Source of the DNA: an uncultured Methanospirillum sp.
GTDB lineage: Archaea > Halobacteriota > Methanomicrobia > Methanomicrobiales > Methanospirillaceae
NCBI GenBank assembly: GCA_964386835.1
Contig: CAYLUL010000001.1
Coordinates: forward strand, 1 to 44,532
Length of the DNA: 44,532 nt
Direction: 5' to 3'
In this document: positions 8,439 through 17,785 of the stretch, piece by piece
How the letters are laid out: each line of letters begins with the position of its first letter
Numbering within the stretch: position 1 is the first letter of the stretch
The notes under the pieces: generated by a model
What the model saw: only the letters and a program-made list of their open reading frames with translations
What the model was told of the DNA's origin: nothing
Databases searched by the model: none
Position numbers and translations under genes: made by a program

Positions 8439-9443
8439 ATGCGGGACGATCGCGAGGTCTCGCCGGCCCTCCACTCCGACGAGCCCGAGGAGACCGCGAT
8501 CCGGCCCATATCACTCGACACGTTCATCGGCCAGCCCGAGGTGCGCGAATCCCTCGCAATCGCGATCGAAGCGGCGAAGCGGCGGGGCGAGCCGATTGAC
8601 CATATCCTCTTCTCCGGGCCGCCGGGGCTCGGAAAAACCACGCTCGCCCACATCATCGCCCGGGAGATGGGGGCCGCGATCCGGACCACCACCGGCCCTG
8701 TCCTCGAAAAGCCCGGTGACCTCGCCGCACTTCTGACCGCGCTCGGAGAAGGCGACGTCCTCTTCATCGACGAGGTCCACCGGGTTTCCCCGGTCGTCGA
8801 GGAGGTGCTCTACTCCGCGATGGAGGACTTCTTCATCGACGTGATGATCGGCGAGGGGCCGAGCGCCCGTTCGATCCCACTCACCCTCGAGAGGTTCACG
8901 CTGATCGGCGCCACCACGAAGATCGGCAACCTGGGAGCCCCGTTCCGCGACCGGTTCGGGATCGTCAGCCGGCTCAATCTCTACGACGAACCCGAGCTGG
9001 TCCGGATCGTGGAGCGGTCCGCCGGGATCATGCGGATTTCGATCACCCCGGAGGGGGCGCTCGAGGTCGCCCGCCGGTCTCGGGGAACGCCCCGGATTGT
9101 GAACCGCCTTCTCCGCCGGGTCCGCGACTATGCCCTGGTCCGGGGCGACGGCACGATCACCCGGGAGTCCGCCGACGAGGCTCTCTCCCTGCTCGGGATC
9201 GACCGGCTCGGCCTCGACGACCTCGACCGCCGAATTCTCTCTGTCATCGTTCGGGAGTTCGACGGAGGGCCGGTTGGGGTTCGGACGATCGCGATTGCAG
9301 TCGGCGAGGAGGTCCGGACGATCGAGGAGGTCTATGAGCCCTACCTGATCCGGATTGGGTTCATTAAACGGACCCCGCAGGGGCGCGAGGCGACCCCGGC
9401 GGCGGCAGCTCACCTGGCCCGTTCGTCAACCGGTCGTGCCTAG
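8439..9443 (+). CDS. ruvB: Holliday junction DNA helicase RuvB (AAA+)
   Basis: Walker [12 protein letters not shown], Walker B VLFIDEVH, sensor [24 protein letters not shown] and the C-terminal winged helix [17 protein letters not shown]. Confidence 0.97.
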   Translation: MRDDREVSPALHSDEPEETAIRPISLDTFIGQPEVRESLAIAIEAAKRRGEPIDHILFSGPPGLGKTTLAHIIAREMGAAIRTTTGPVLEKPGDLAALLTALGEGDVLFIDEVHRVSPVVEEVLYSAMEDFFIDVMIGEGPSARSIPLTLERFTLIGATTKIGNLGAPFRDRFGIVSRLNLYDEPELVRIVERSAGIMRISITPEGALEVARRSRGTPRIVNRLLRRVRDYALVRGDGTITRESADEALSLLGIDRLGLDDLDRRILSVIVREFDGGPVGVRTIAIAVGEEVRTIEEVYEPYLIRIGFIKRTPQGREATPAAAAHLARSSTGRA

Positions 9444-10663
9444 CGGGCCGGTGACATCAGGTCGAGCGCGGCAGCAGTGAGCGCGGTCACACCCGCCTCC
9501 AGCACGGTACGGGGGTCGGGAGCGAATTGCGGAGAGTGGAGCCGCCCCGGCCCGGCCCCTATCCGCAGGTAGCAGAGCGGGACGGGAGGGTTGGCTGTTG
9601 CGAATGCCCCAAAGTCCTCGGAGCCCGACGATGGACCGAGCAGACCGACCCGGTCTGGACCGAGTGCTACCTCGACGGCGGACCGGACCCGGCGGACGAG
9701 GGCCGGGTCGTTGGAAAACGGCCGGGCGGACTCGGAAAGGAGGGTCAGCAGCGGAAGACGGTCCTCCGGAACCCCAGCGGCCCGGGCGAGATTTTTTGCG
9801 ACCCGCTCGATCCCGGCGAGGAGCCGCTCCCGAACCGCGTCGTCGAAGAACCGGATGTTCAGGCCGAGCCGGACCTCGTCCGGGATCGCGTTGTGTTTCG
9901 CCCCGCCGTGGACCGAGGCCACCGTCAGGACGGCGAAGGCCTGGGGGTCGATCTCGCGGGAGACGAGCCCCTGGAGGGCCACGATCACCTGCGCTGCGAG
10001 CAATACCGGATCCCGGGTCTCGTCCGGGTGGGCCGCGTGTCCCCCCACGCCCCGGATCACGAGGTCGAGCGACTCGCCGCCGGCCGACGCAGTCCCCTCG
10101 GTGAGAAGGACGCGACCCGGTGGATGACCCGGCGCAACGTGCAGGGCAAGAGCCGCATCCGGCCGGCCCACCCGCGAATAGAGGTGATCGGCGACCATCG
10201 CCTCCGCCCCTGAGACCCACTCTTCGGAGGGCTGGCCGATGAGAACGAGCCGGCCCTGCCACCGCCCACGGAGGGCCTGCATGCTCCGGGCGAACCCGAC
10301 CAGCCCTGCCACATGCAGGTCGTGGCCGCAGGCATGCATCACCGATACGACTCTCCCCTGCGGATCGATCCCGGTCGCGTGGCTGGCATACGGGAGGCCC
10401 GTCTCCTCCTGCACGGGTAGTGCGTCCATGTCTGCCCGGACGAGGATGACCGGACCATTCCCCATCTCGAGGACGGCGGCGATGCCATGACCCCCGATCC
10501 TGGTCTCTACCTTGAAACCGGCCTCGCCGAGAGCGGTGGCCAACCGGGCAGCGGTCCGCTCCTCCTGCCCGGAGAGCTCGGGGTGGGCGTGCAGGTCCTC
10601 GTAGAACGCAAGCAGGGAGGAGTCGACCGCGTCCGCAACGGCTGCCTCGATCGGGGAGGTCAT
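9440..10663 (-). CDS. M20D-family amidohydrolase / peptidase (hippurate hydrolase-like)
   Basis: [34 protein letters not shown] and GSEDF motifs. The ATG at 10663 was verified. The upstream extension of the track ORF was rejected. Confidence 0.9.
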   Translation of the reverse strand: MTSPIEAAVADAVDSSLLAFYEDLHAHPELSGQEERTAARLATALGEAGFKVETRIGGHGIAAVLEMGNGPVILVRADMDALPVQEETGLPYASHATGIDPQGRVVSVMHACGHDLHVAGLVGFARSMQALRGRWQGRLVLIGQPSEEWVSGAEAMVADHLYSRVGRPDAALALHVAPGHPPGRVLLTEGTASAGGESLDLVIRGVGGHAAHPDETRDPVLLAAQVIVALQGLVSREIDPQAFAVLTVASVHGGAKHNAIPDEVRLGLNIRFFDDAVRERLLAGIERVAKNLARAAGVPEDRLPLLTLLSESARPFSNDPALVRRVRSAVEVALGPDRVGLLGPSSGSEDFGAFATANPPVPLCYLRIGAGPGRLHSPQFAPDPRTVLEAGVTALTAAALDLMSPAR

Positions 10664-10750
10664 GCAGGGTACGTCGCACCGCCGACAGATTAAGCCGGCG
10701 CCGGTCTGCGGGGATTCAGAATAAGAGGGGCGGGGTCGAACTCTTGTACG

Positions 10751-11275
10751 ATGAGGACAGTTGGCATTCTCCACGTGGCCCTTGCCGCCGTTATGCTCCT
10801 CCTGCTCGTCGTGCCGGCCGCCTCTGCAGCGGATAACGACACGCAGCAGGCCGTCGCCGCCGGGAACCCGCAGGTCGGTTATATCCAGATCAACACCACC
10901 CCCGACGGCGCGACCGTCTTCGTGAACCGCACGAAGATGACCGGGCTCACGCCTTTGACGATAAAGGTACCCGCAATGGTGCCACAGGAGATCCAGGTGA
11001 ACAAGTACGGCTACGCGACCGAGAAGAAGGTGATGATCGCCCCACCGAACGGGACTATCCCGTACACGCTTACGCTCCGGACCCTGCCGGGCGTGGACCG
11101 CCCCGAGACTGAGCGTCCGGGCGCTGGACGTTCCCCGACCGCCCCGGTGGTGGGGGCAGGGGCAACCGGTTATCCAACGGCCGCTGAGGCTGATGCACCA
11201 GGGTCGCCGCTCTCGCTGCTCGCCGTACTCGGTGCCATCGGTATCGCCGGGCTGCTCTTCTCCTTCCGGCGTTAA
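10751..11275 (+). CDS. Secreted PEGA-domain protein with a C-terminal hydrophobic anchor (PGF-CTERM-like)
   Basis: Signal peptide ...VVPAASA. YIQINTTPDGATVFVNRTKMTGLTPLTIKVP matches the PEGA pattern. The tail APGSPLSLLAVLGAIGIAGLLFSFRR resembles an archaeosortase sorting signal. Confidence 0.8.
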   Translation: MRTVGILHVALAAVMLLLLVVPAASAADNDTQQAVAAGNPQVGYIQINTTPDGATVFVNRTKMTGLTPLTIKVPAMVPQEIQVNKYGYATEKKVMIAPPNGTIPYTLTLRTLPGVDRPETERPGAGRSPTAPVVGAGATGYPTAAEADAPGSPLSLLAVLGAIGIAGLLFSFRR

Positions 11276-12171
11276 CGCCGCCGCCGGGCTGCGACAGCTG
11301 CCCCGAGAAGGGGGGCGTCGCCCCCGAGCGGGCTCGTGACGACGGCGGGAAGCGGCAGGTATTGCTCCATCCGGGCGACCGCAGGGCTGACAAGCAGATC
11401 CGCCTGGGCCTGGACGACCGCGCCGTCGAGCACGATCCGCTCGGGGTCGTATGCGACCACGAGGGTAGAGAGAGCGCGGCCGTTCAGGACCGCGACCGCT
11501 TCAAGAAACCGGCATGCGCACGGGTCGCCAGCCCGTGCCGCCGCGAAGATCGCCTCGGTCGTGGAATAGATCGGGTCGTCCGGCCGCTTTTCCAGCGCAT
11601 AGAACCGAGGCAGGTTTCGTCCCGAGCAGTAGCCCTCCCAGTGGTTCAGGGAGCCGCAGCCGCAGGCGAGCCCGTGACATGTCTCGACCGTGATGTGCCC
11701 GATCTCCCCCGCGTTTCCTCCGCGTCCCTCGATCAGGCGCCCGTCACAGATCACCCCCCCGCCGATCCCGGTCGAGATCGTGACGTAGACCAGGTTGTCG
11801 CACCCAGCCCCCGCGCCGAGGGCATGCTCACCGAGGACCCCCGCGCGGGCGTCGTTCAACAGCGTGACGGGCGCTTCGAGGGCCGCCTCGAGCGGTTCGA
11901 CCAGGTCGATCCTTGCGTAGGGAAGGTTCGGTGGGGAGATCACTGCGCCAGCAGCGAGGTCGAGTGGCCCAGCCGCTGCGATCCCGACCGGGAACGAATG
12001 GGGTCCGGCAACCCGGCGGACCGCTGCCAGGATTGCATCCGTCACCACCGTCCCCGTGGAACCGACCGTCGGGGTTGCGAAGACCTCACGGGCGAGCACC
12101 CTCCCAGCCTCATCGACGAGTGCAACCCGGGTCCGCGTTCCCCCAAGGTCGACCGCACAGACCGTCTCCAT
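11272..12171 (-). CDS. ROK-family sugar kinase (glucokinase-like)
   Basis: VDLGGTRTRVALVD ATP-binding motif, NDARAGVLGE, and ROK zinc motif GHITVE...CGCGSLNHWEGYCSG. Confidence 0.9.
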   Translation of the reverse strand: METVCAVDLGGTRTRVALVDEAGRVLAREVFATPTVGSTGTVVTDAILAAVRRVAGPHSFPVGIAAAGPLDLAAGAVISPPNLPYARIDLVEPLEAALEAPVTLLNDARAGVLGEHALGAGAGCDNLVYVTISTGIGGGVICDGRLIEGRGGNAGEIGHITVETCHGLACGCGSLNHWEGYCSGRNLPRFYALEKRPDDPIYSTTEAIFAAARAGDPCACRFLEAVAVLNGRALSTLVVAYDPERIVLDGAVVQAQADLLVSPAVARMEQYLPLPAVVTSPLGGDAPLLGAAVAARRRR

Positions 12172-12177
12172 GACAGA

Positions 12178-13404
12178 TCACTCCTTCTGGAAGAGCACGA
12201 TGCGGTTTGTATTGGTGCCCCCCTCGTGATTCGAGACCCCCCAGATATGGGATGTCTTGGTGAACCGCGACCGGTTGACGAAGACCGCCCGGCAGCTGAG
12301 GCCCGCCTCCTCCCCGAGCGGCACCACGTGCTCGTCGAGCGGGATCGTGCTCCGGCGGACCTCGCCCACCTCGAACGCGACGTGCCCCCCCGGTGCCGTG
12401 ACCCGGGCGAGCTCTTCAAAGACCTCGCCCATCACGACGGACCATGCCGCGACCGTCCGGCTCATCGTGATGCCGGCCCCGACCATCTCCTCGTCCAGCC
12501 CGTTAAACCAGCACCGGAGCCAGTTGTCCTTCGCGTAAGCGACCTGGTCGAGGAACGGCGGCGAGGTGACGGTCAGATGGACCGAGTTCGAAGCGAGTCC
12601 CGAGGTCGATCGGGCGTCACCGGTCATGAACTGGGCGTCCTGCGCTCGGCGATCCAGGTGGGCGCGGTCCTCATCCGTCAGATCGCGGAGGAGCTGGACG
12701 GTCTTGCGGACCACGATCTCGTTCACGTCCTTCAAAGGCGGGACCTGGTCGAGCCGCGCATTGATCCGGCGCTGGCTCATGGGGCTGGCCGCCTGGTTCG
12801 GCGGCAGGGTGTAGACCGAGAAGAAGTTCCGGGAGTGCCCGGTGAGACGGTTGGTTGCGACCATCCGTATCCACCGGTCGAGGGTGTCCTCCGTGCCGGA
12901 GAGGGCACGCTCGATCAGGACCTGGCGAAGCGAGACGAGGTGCGCCTCGGTCTTGAGGTGGTAGAACATCGAGAGGTCGCGGTCGGCCCGCGCGGTGGGG
13001 TCGACCGGGTAAGAATCGAGCCGTTCGGCAACCAGACCGGGGTCGGCAGGAGGGGTGAGCCTGGGGGCGGCAAGAAGGGCAGAGAGGGGGTTCGCATCGT
13101 TCGCCGCGACTCGCCGGTCAAGCAGGGCTGCTTCGAGCAGGGTTGTCCCCCTGCCCGAGAACGGGTCGTAGACGAGGTCCCCGGGCTCGGTGAGCCGCTC
13201 GATGAAGAATCGGGGGAGTTGGGGCTTGAAGCATGCGCGGTACGAGAGCTCATGGAGGGAGTGGGCCTGCCGCTGCCGCGACGTCCAGAACTCGGCCTCA
13301 AATCGTTTGACGCTCCGGCCCCCGCAGCAGACCATACCCGCCTGGACGCCGGGGGGGAGCGAGAGCTGGGCAGCCGCCAGGAAGGGATTGGTCGTGCCCG
13401 TCAT
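12178..13404 (-). CDS. SAM-dependent N6-adenine/N4-cytosine-type DNA methyltransferase, orphan, with motif I before motif IV
   Basis: Motif I region LVYDPFSGRGTTLLEAALLDRRVAANDANP, then about 220 aa, then motif IV TSPPF. The ATG at 13404 was verified. The first 122 codons of track ORF 12178..13770 are antisense to arsC and were rejected. Confidence 0.8.
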   Translation of the reverse strand: MTGTTNPFLAAAQLSLPPGVQAGMVCCGGRSVKRFEAEFWTSRQRQAHSLHELSYRACFKPQLPRFFIERLTEPGDLVYDPFSGRGTTLLEAALLDRRVAANDANPLSALLAAPRLTPPADPGLVAERLDSYPVDPTARADRDLSMFYHLKTEAHLVSLRQVLIERALSGTEDTLDRWIRMVATNRLTGHSRNFFSVYTLPPNQAASPMSQRRINARLDQVPPLKDVNEIVVRKTVQLLRDLTDEDRAHLDRRAQDAQFMTGDARSTSGLASNSVHLTVTSPPFLDQVAYAKDNWLRCWFNGLDEEMVGAGITMSRTVAAWSVVMGEVFEELARVTAPGGHVAFEVGEVRRSTIPLDEHVVPLGEEAGLSCRAVFVNRSRFTKTSHIWGVSNHEGGTNTNRIVLFQKE

Positions 13405-13470
13405 GCGATAAAGGAACGTGGGGGGGCTCGGAAGATAGGTATATGGGATGGCGGCACCCCTCTTTCCGGG

Positions 13471-13878
13471 ATGACTCTCAGGCATGTCCTCTTCCTCTGC
13501 ACTCACAACTCCGCCCGCTCCCAGATGGCGGAGGGACTCCTTCGCACTCGCTTCCCTGGTCGGTTCGAGGCCTACAGCGCTGGAACCGACCCAACGGCGC
13601 TCGATCCCTGTGCCGTCAGGGTGATGGCCGAGCTCGGGATCGACATCGCAGGCCAGCGGGCCAAGGGCCTGATGGAGGTCTTCGACACGCCGATCGACAC
13701 GGTGGTGACCGTCTGCGATCGGGCGCAGGAGACCTGCCCGTTCTTCCCCGGGGCCGAAGAGACCCTCCACGTCTCCTTCCCTGACCCGGCGGCGGTTGAT
13801 GGACAGGGACGGCTCGAGGCATTCCGCCAGACCCGGGATGCGATCGCTGTCTGGCTCGATGAGACGTTCGGAGAATAA
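13471..13878 (+). CDS. arsC: Arsenate reductase, LMW-PTP (thioredoxin-coupled) family
   Basis: VLFLCTHNSARSQMAEG (CX5R P-loop) plus downstream Cys residues (VCDRAQETCP). This is only the last 135 codons of the 838-aa track ORF. The ATG at 13471 was verified. Confidence 0.9.
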   Translation: MTLRHVLFLCTHNSARSQMAEGLLRTRFPGRFEAYSAGTDPTALDPCAVRVMAELGIDIAGQRAKGLMEVFDTPIDTVVTVCDRAQETCPFFPGAEETLHVSFPDPAAVDGQGRLEAFRQTRDAIAVWLDETFGE

Positions 13879-13886
13879 GCGGCAAC

Positions 13887-13895
13887 TATTTATAT
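13887..13895 (+). promoter_or_regulatory. Candidate TATA box upstream of the arsR-family gene
   Basis: TATTTATAT lies 41-49 nt upstream of GTG 13936. Confidence 0.35.
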
Positions 13896-13935
13896 CGATT
13901 GAGGATAAGGGACGTGTGCGCCTCTATCAGGCGGT

Positions 13936-14343
13936 GTGGGTGAGAAAAGCGTGGCAGTCCCAGACGATCTAAGGCAGGTGATCGAGGATCAGGGGGGTAC
14001 CGAGGCGCTGAAGGCGCAGTTGCCGGACCCCGACCGGATCCGGACCGATAGTCGACTGTTTCATACCCTTTCAGATCCGATACGCCTCTCCATCCTTTTT
14101 TTACTCCAGTCCCAGCCACTCTGCGTCTCGGTGATCAAGGAGGTCCTCCGGGTCCCTGATTCGAAGCTCTCCTACCATCTCTCGGTCCTGCAGTCGATGA
14201 GGTTGATCCGGGGGGAGCGGCAGGCGAACTGGATCGTCTATCACGAGACGCCGCTCGGACACCGTGTCGTCGCCCAGATCGAGGAACTCTCCCGGACTGA
14301 ACGCGAGCTGTCACCCCCTGAGGCGTCGAGCGCGGAGGGGTGA
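13936..14343 (+). CDS. ArsR/SmtB-family metalloregulator
   Basis: LFHTLSDPIRLSILFLL...PLCVSVIKEVLRVPDSKLSYHLSVLQSMRLI is the winged HTH typical of ArsR. It lies next to arsC. Confidence 0.85.
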   Translation: MGEKSVAVPDDLRQVIEDQGGTEALKAQLPDPDRIRTDSRLFHTLSDPIRLSILFLLQSQPLCVSVIKEVLRVPDSKLSYHLSVLQSMRLIRGERQANWIVYHETPLGHRVVAQIEELSRTERELSPPEASSAEG

Positions 14344-14360
14344 CCTGGAACCGGCGCCTT

Positions 14361-17327
14361 TTATCCCCGCGCCTCGTCGGTCTTTCGCTCGTGCAGGAGC
14401 AGTGCCGCCCGGTTCCGGACGAGGGGTGAGGGGTCGGCATACGCCTGCCTGATCAGGTCCGTCGCCCGGTCACCGCCGATCCCACCCAGGGCAATCACTG
14501 CACCGAGGCGAAGATCCGGGTCAGGGTGGACGAGAAGGGAGCCGAGCGGCTCGAGTGCCTCCTCGCCGAACCGGGCAAGCGAGCGCCAGTCCTCGGACGC
14601 CAGGGAGAAGCCCAGGGCCCCGCTCTCATCGGGGGCAGTCCACCCGGCTTCGCGGAGGATCTGGGAGACGCCGGAACGGACCTCCCGCTCGGGGCGCCCG
14701 AGCGCTTCGATGAGGGCCTCAAGGGCCCGGGGTCCTGCCCGGGCGAGAGCGGAGAGCGCCGCTTCGTGAACCGCGTAGTCGGAATCAGCGAGTCGATCGA
14801 CCAGGAGGTGCATCGCCCCGGGGGTGGAAAGGGCACCAAGCGAAGAGACGGCTGCCTCCCGGACTTCGGGGTCGGGATCATAGAGCGCCCCGGTAAGTGC
14901 GCCGACAGCCCCTTCGGCAGGCATCGACCGGAGTGCTTCTGCTGCAGCACGCCGTTCTGAGGGAGTGCCGGTAAAAAGTCGGCCTACGATCACCCCGAGT
15001 CCGCGTGGATCCCCGGTACGACCGAGCCGGCGGAGGAGAGACGGTGCATCTTCGGGCGTCCCAGCGAGGGCGCCGAGGAGAATGGACACGGGGTCCGGGG
15101 TCGGGGGCTCAGGAGTGGACAACTCTGAGGCCGGCTCCGGGGCATCCGGTTCCTGCCGTTCCGGCTCGGTGGACTCTGTCTCCGGGACGATTGCTGCGTC
15201 AACCCCTGGTTTTCGGGTCTCCTCTTCGGGCGGTCCAAGCGCCACAAGATGCAGTGTGGGCACGGGACCGGGAACGGTGACGACCGGCTCTCCCGGCTCC
15301 CGGTGCCATGCCTCGAGGGTCACCTCGTCCTCCTCGACCGTTGGGAGGATGACCTCCCGTATCGATGAGACGGGGGGCACTGGGTGCTCCCCCCCAAACC
15401 CTCCTGGCCGGAATGACTCGAGGGCGGTCCGCGCGGCATCGGCAACTTCTGGATCATGATCGTCCGCTAGCGGAGTGAGATAGTCCTCAGCCGCCATGCC
15501 AAGCTCCGCGAGGGCCCGGACGGCCCGCACCCTGACCGCGGTCGAACTCCCATCCTCTCGAGCGAGCGCGGCGATGGAGCTGGCCGCCGCCGGTCCGATC
15601 CCCCCCAGGGCGGCGATCGCGGCCGTCCCCGCTTCGGGCTCGTTGCGGACGAGGAGATCAAGAAGGCCCGGGACCGAGGCGCTATCGCGAAGGGCACCGA
15701 GGGTGCGGGCCGCGGCGATCGCCGCCGGCAGATCTCCTCCCGAGAGCACCGGGCGGAGGGCTGGCAGGATATCAGGGCCCAGGAGGATGAGTGCAGCAGA
15801 TGAGGCGGACCGGACCCGGAGGTACGGGTCCGATAGGGCGTCAATCAGCGCCGGCACGACGTCGGGATCGCCGGACTCCCCAAGCGCCCACGCCGCATGC
15901 TCCCGAACTGCTTCCTCCCCATCGGTGCGCAGCCTCTCCAGGAGGGGGGCCGTCGCCCTGGGGTCCATCAATCCAGCGAGGGCATCGACGGCGGCGCACC
16001 GGACCAGGTGGTCGGAGTCACGCAGCGACCCGATGAGGGGCTCGACTGCGTCCGGGCCGAGGCGGCCGAAGACCTCGACCGCAACGAGGCGAATTGAAGG
16101 GTCCATGCCCTCGAGGGCTGCATCAAGGGTGGCGAGGAGTTCGGTCGAGGGCGACTGGTGTCCTGCCTCCTCGCCGCGACGAAGCGCCTCATCGATAAAC
16201 TCCCGGATCGCGGTCTCCCGGTGCATCGAAGGCGGGGCCGAGATCCGGGTCCTGAGGGGAGCTCCACCTGCCACGGGGGTCGAGAGGGTTGCGAGCCGGG
16301 CGAAGAGCGAACCATCAACCCGGGGGTGCAGGACCGGGTCCGCGGACCCGGGGCCGTTACGAGAGGGCGCTGGAGCGAGGAAGGAATGCTCCTGGGCTGA
16401 AGAGATATCCTCGACCGGCATCTCCACGTCACCAGCCTGATCCCCGCGCGTCTCCACCGACCCGGGCACGGCGGAGAGGGCGGTTGGGGCGGGACCGGCC
16501 CGTACCAGAAGACCAATGGCGCCGTCACGGATCGTCGGGTTCGCGTGCAACCGCGCCTCTTCAAGGGCCCGCCGGCCTATGGGTCCGAGCCCGAGGAGGG
16601 CCTCGCCGGCCCCGGTCCGGATGCCGTAGTAATCGTCGGCGAGGGCGCGGACCAGGGCGGGAACGGCAGGTTCGCCGAGACGGACAAGAAGGGGCCACTG
16701 TTCAGTCGCCAGGAGGAGGGCAATCGTCTCCTCCTCAGTCTCCGGGAGCCAGCCGAAAGTCTCAAGAGCGCTCGCTGCGGCGAGCCGGACTGCGTGGGAC
16801 CGGTCGTGCAGAGCGTTCCGAAGAAGGGGGATTCCTCGCGGCTCCTCAAGGCGGCCCAGGGCCTCTGCCGCGGCGGCCCTCACCTCCTCTTCGGGGTCGC
16901 GAGTCAGCAGGGCCGCGAGGGGTGGGAACGCAGCGACGTCCCCGATCCTGCCCAGCGAGCGGATTGCCTCTTCCCGGATCCCGAAATGCGGATCCCGGAG
17001 GGCCCCGATCAGGGGCGGAACAGCGGCCTTACGCATCCGGACGATCGCGTCCCAGTCCTCCAGGGCGTACCGGAACGCGAACTCCTCGCGCTCGTCGGCG
17101 GCTGTCCACTTCGATTGCTCGAGCGCCTGGGCCGCCCCGAGCCGGACCCGGAACGAAGGGTCGGAGAGGCGGGGCTTGAGCGCTGGCCAGGCGGTTCGGC
17201 CCATCTGCTGGAGCGCGAGCACGGCCCCCCGGCGGAGCTCCTCGCGGCCCGAAGCGAGCGCCCGGACCAGCTCAGGGATCGCCTCCTCACCGTATCGGGC
17301 GATCAGGGACGCCACCGCCGGGTACAC
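14361..17327 (-). CDS. HEAT/PBS-lyase repeat protein (at least 988 aa; the repeat-coding frame stays open to nt 17705)
   Basis: Dozens of repeats of the form D.D..VR..A..ALG..G. A central P/E-rich linker. The first canonical start is the GTG at 17327, but clear HEAT repeats continue upstream in the same frame (see findings). Confidence 0.85.
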   Translation of the reverse strand: MYPAVASLIARYGEEAIPELVRALASGREELRRGAVLALQQMGRTAWPALKPRLSDPSFRVRLGAAQALEQSKWTAADEREEFAFRYALEDWDAIVRMRKAAVPPLIGALRDPHFGIREEAIRSLGRIGDVAAFPPLAALLTRDPEEEVRAAAAEALGRLEEPRGIPLLRNALHDRSHAVRLAAASALETFGWLPETEEETIALLLATEQWPLLVRLGEPAVPALVRALADDYYGIRTGAGEALLGLGPIGRRALEEARLHANPTIRDGAIGLLVRAGPAPTALSAVPGSVETRGDQAGDVEMPVEDISSAQEHSFLAPAPSRNGPGSADPVLHPRVDGSLFARLATLSTPVAGGAPLRTRISAPPSMHRETAIREFIDEALRRGEEAGHQSPSTELLATLDAALEGMDPSIRLVAVEVFGRLGPDAVEPLIGSLRDSDHLVRCAAVDALAGLMDPRATAPLLERLRTDGEEAVREHAAWALGESGDPDVVPALIDALSDPYLRVRSASSAALILLGPDILPALRPVLSGGDLPAAIAAARTLGALRDSASVPGLLDLLVRNEPEAGTAAIAALGGIGPAAASSIAALAREDGSSTAVRVRAVRALAELGMAAEDYLTPLADDHDPEVADAARTALESFRPGGFGGEHPVPPVSSIREVILPTVEEDEVTLEAWHREPGEPVVTVPGPVPTLHLVALGPPEEETRKPGVDAAIVPETESTEPERQEPDAPEPASELSTPEPPTPDPVSILLGALAGTPEDAPSLLRRLGRTGDPRGLGVIVGRLFTGTPSERRAAAEALRSMPAEGAVGALTGALYDPDPEVREAAVSSLGALSTPGAMHLLVDRLADSDYAVHEAALSALARAGPRALEALIEALGRPEREVRSGVSQILREAGWTAPDESGALGFSLASEDWRSLARFGEEALEPLGSLLVHPDPDLRLGAVIALGGIGGDRATDLIRQAYADPSPLVRNRAALLLHERKTDEARG

Positions 17328-17785
17328 CCGCCCCGTATCATCCCCGAGGGCCGGGATCAGCTGGGCGGCATCGAAACCCGGACGCAGGGCAAGGACCTCG
17401 ATTGTCCGCCGCTGGATCTCGCGAGTCCCGGTTCGGAGGAGTTCGAGGAATTGAGACAGGTCCTCATCAGCAAGGTCATTGAGGGCCTGTACTGCCTCCT
17501 CGCGGACGACAACGTCACGGTGGTCGAGGAGGGGCAGAAGCGCCCGAAGATCGCGTTCAGCGGCAAGCCGCTGTACGTTCGGCCGAAAGAGGTCAAAGAG
17601 CCCGATGACAGCATCACCTGGATTGGTACCCGATATCTGGAGCGAACGAGTATTATCAGTATTGGCCCGTAGAGCCTTTCCGACAGGGGTGTTAACGACC
17701 GCTGATCACCGGCGATTCTCCCAGGAGACCCGGGGATTATTTCCCAACAAGAGCAGATAACAGGGAAGAGATAGACAACTGTACC

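Noticed and set aside
9426-10679. 417-aa minus-strand ORF in an alternative frame of the M20 amidohydrolase, and the 300-aa ORF 8511..9413 antisense to ruvB
   Set aside because: Both are extremely Arg/Pro/Gly-rich with no domain signatures. The overlapping frames carry unmistakable M20 and RuvB motifs.
11362-13470. First ~700 codons of the 838-aa plus-strand ORF 11362..13878
   Set aside because: This part is antisense to the well-supported ROK kinase and methyltransferase genes and reads as R/D/P-rich nonsense. Only the last 135 codons (arsC, from ATG 13471) are real.
13471-14343. Arsenic-resistance island
   Set aside because: Only arsC and an ArsR-family regulator are present. No ArsB/Acr3 pump, ArsA or ArsM is in the window, so it is an ordinary two-gene detox and regulation pair rather than an island.
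16289-17672. Plus-strand ORFs 16289..17179 and 16545..17672 opposite the HEAT-repeat gene
   Set aside because: They are low-complexity R/G/P translations. The minus-strand frame shows periodic HEAT repeats throughout.
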